From positions 137,852 to 201,851 of the forward strand of contig CAZNOH010000001.1 in NCBI GenBank assembly GCA_964574655.1: a stretch of DNA of 64,000 nucleotides, given 5' to 3'. Numbering within the stretch: the first letter of the stretch is position 1; every line of letters starts with the position of its first letter. The stretch comes from an uncultured Candidatus Saccharibacteria bacterium (GTDB lineage: Bacteria > Patescibacteriota > JABMPQ01 > JAQVVF01). The translations under genes and the position numbers were made by a program. The notes under the pieces are model-generated. The model searched no databases. It was not told where the DNA came from and was given only the letters and a program-made list of their open reading frames with translations. Shown here piece after piece: positions 63,309 to 64,000 of this stretch.

Positions 63309-63336
63309 TTATAAAATATTAAATATTAGATATTAG

Positions 63337-63363
63337 TCCGTGAAATCTCACGGACTTTTTGTT
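63337..63363 (+). terminator. ftsZ intrinsic terminator (GTCCGTGA-aatc-TCACGGAC + T5).
   Basis: Perfect 8-bp stem followed by a T-run. Confidence 0.65.
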
Positions 63364-63436
63364 ATAATTAGATTTGTCTGATTGAACAAAGATTTTGATC
63401 TTTAATTTATTTTATTATTTTAATTGAACAGATATA

Positions 63437-64000
63437 GTGTTCAAATTAACTAAAGCAAAAATATTTTTTTGGCTTGGTGTGTTATTTCTGGGAGGGATTT
63501 TTTTATCTCAATTTTTTGTTTTTAATTTGATCATTAAATTAGCGCTTTTGAATTGCGCTTTTATTTTGATTTTTATTTGGCATAAATTCAAGGTGTGTTT
63601 AGCAATTGGATTTGGAATTATTGTTTTTCTACTTGGAATGTTTCGATATGATATGGCATTGCCAAAAGTGAATGATAATTGGATTCAAAGTCATAATGAA
63701 AAAGACGAGATTGTATTGATTGGAACTGTTGTTGTTGAGCCCGACTTACGAATAGAAAACACAAAACTAGTGCTTGGAAATTTGGAATTAAGAGAGCTCA
63801 ATAAAAATCTTTTTGGCAGGATTTTAGTTACAGTGCCTAAATATCCAGAATTTAATTATGGCGATAAATTGGAAGTAAAAGCAAAATTAAAAGATCCAGG
63901 AGAGTTTAATGAATTTAATTATCGTGATTATTTGGCAAAATCAGGTATCTATTCTGTAGCTTATAATCCAGAGGTTGTACTGATTGATAAGAATAAAGGA
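63437..64000 (+). CDS. comEC: Competence protein ComEC/Rec2, N-terminal part (DUF4131 region). The gene is partial, continues beyond the window, and has an uncertain GTG/TTG start.
   Basis: Transmembrane helices, then VLIGTVVVEPDLRIENTKLVLGNLELRE...FNEFNYRDYLAKSGIYSV, typical of the ComEC N-terminus. An in-frame stop at 63425-63427 bounds the start. Confidence 0.55.
   Translation, partial: MFKLTKAKIFFWLGVLFLGGIFLSQFFVFNLIIKLALLNCAFILIFIWHKFKVCLAIGFGIIVFLLGMFRYDMALPKVNDNWIQSHNEKDEIVLIGTVVVEPDLRIENTKLVLGNLELRELNKNLFGRILVTVPKYPEFNYGDKLEVKAKLKDPGEFNEFNYRDYLAKSGIYSVAYNPEVVLIDKNKG

Overview
This is an AT-rich bacterial chromosomal window (roughly mid-30s % GC by eye), dense with housekeeping genes. 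By inference only, the gene content and style look like a small-genome, Patescibacteria/CPR-like organism: many aminoacyl-tRNA synthetases, many genes with no Shine-Dalgarno sequence, and small intergenic regions. The identifiable genes are listed in the features below. Four things stand out beyond routine annotation. (1) Two class I aminoacyl-tRNA synthetases carry whole foreign domains inserted in frame. IleRS has a histidine-phosphatase (PGAM-like, RHG motif) domain between its two zinc-knuckle Cys pairs. LeuRS has an RBBP9/YdeN-type serine hydrolase (GHSLG) inserted at the CP1 entry, an ASCH-like (GxKxxExR) domain in place of the leucyl-specific domain, and a heptanucleotide tandem repeat. 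Both also have a degenerate HIGH motif. (2) A family of GC-rich UUCG-hairpin elements with consensus CCRCC-TTCG-[variable hairpin]-(C)TT(C/T)GG(C/T)GG-ACAAAG occurs at least 15 times in the window. The copies sit in 5' UTRs, immediately before intrinsic terminators, and, like Rickettsia palindromic elements, in frame inside ileS, leuS and the 3' end of pth. (3) A compact copper homeostasis module has csoR, a three-part fusion (CopZ-like HMA domain + CcdA/DsbD-like membrane domain + CupA-like CxMxM cupredoxin domain) and copA, with a candidate CsoR operator palindrome. A divergent CopB-like P1B-ATPase with an unusual CPD motif and a Met-rich 44-aa membrane peptide lie next to it. (4) A class of standalone, relatively GC-rich genes with extended AAGGAGGAG Shine-Dalgarno sites encode hypothetical proteins. 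They include an 876-aa secreted M23 peptidase with SLH domains and Cys-rich repeats, and several Cys-rich small proteins. Two of these genes are preceded by a duplicated terminator-promoter-RBS cassette carrying TTGAACA boxes. No CRISPR array, rRNA gene, or recognisable transposase or integrase was found. All product calls rest on motifs I recognised by eye in the translations; I ran no searches.
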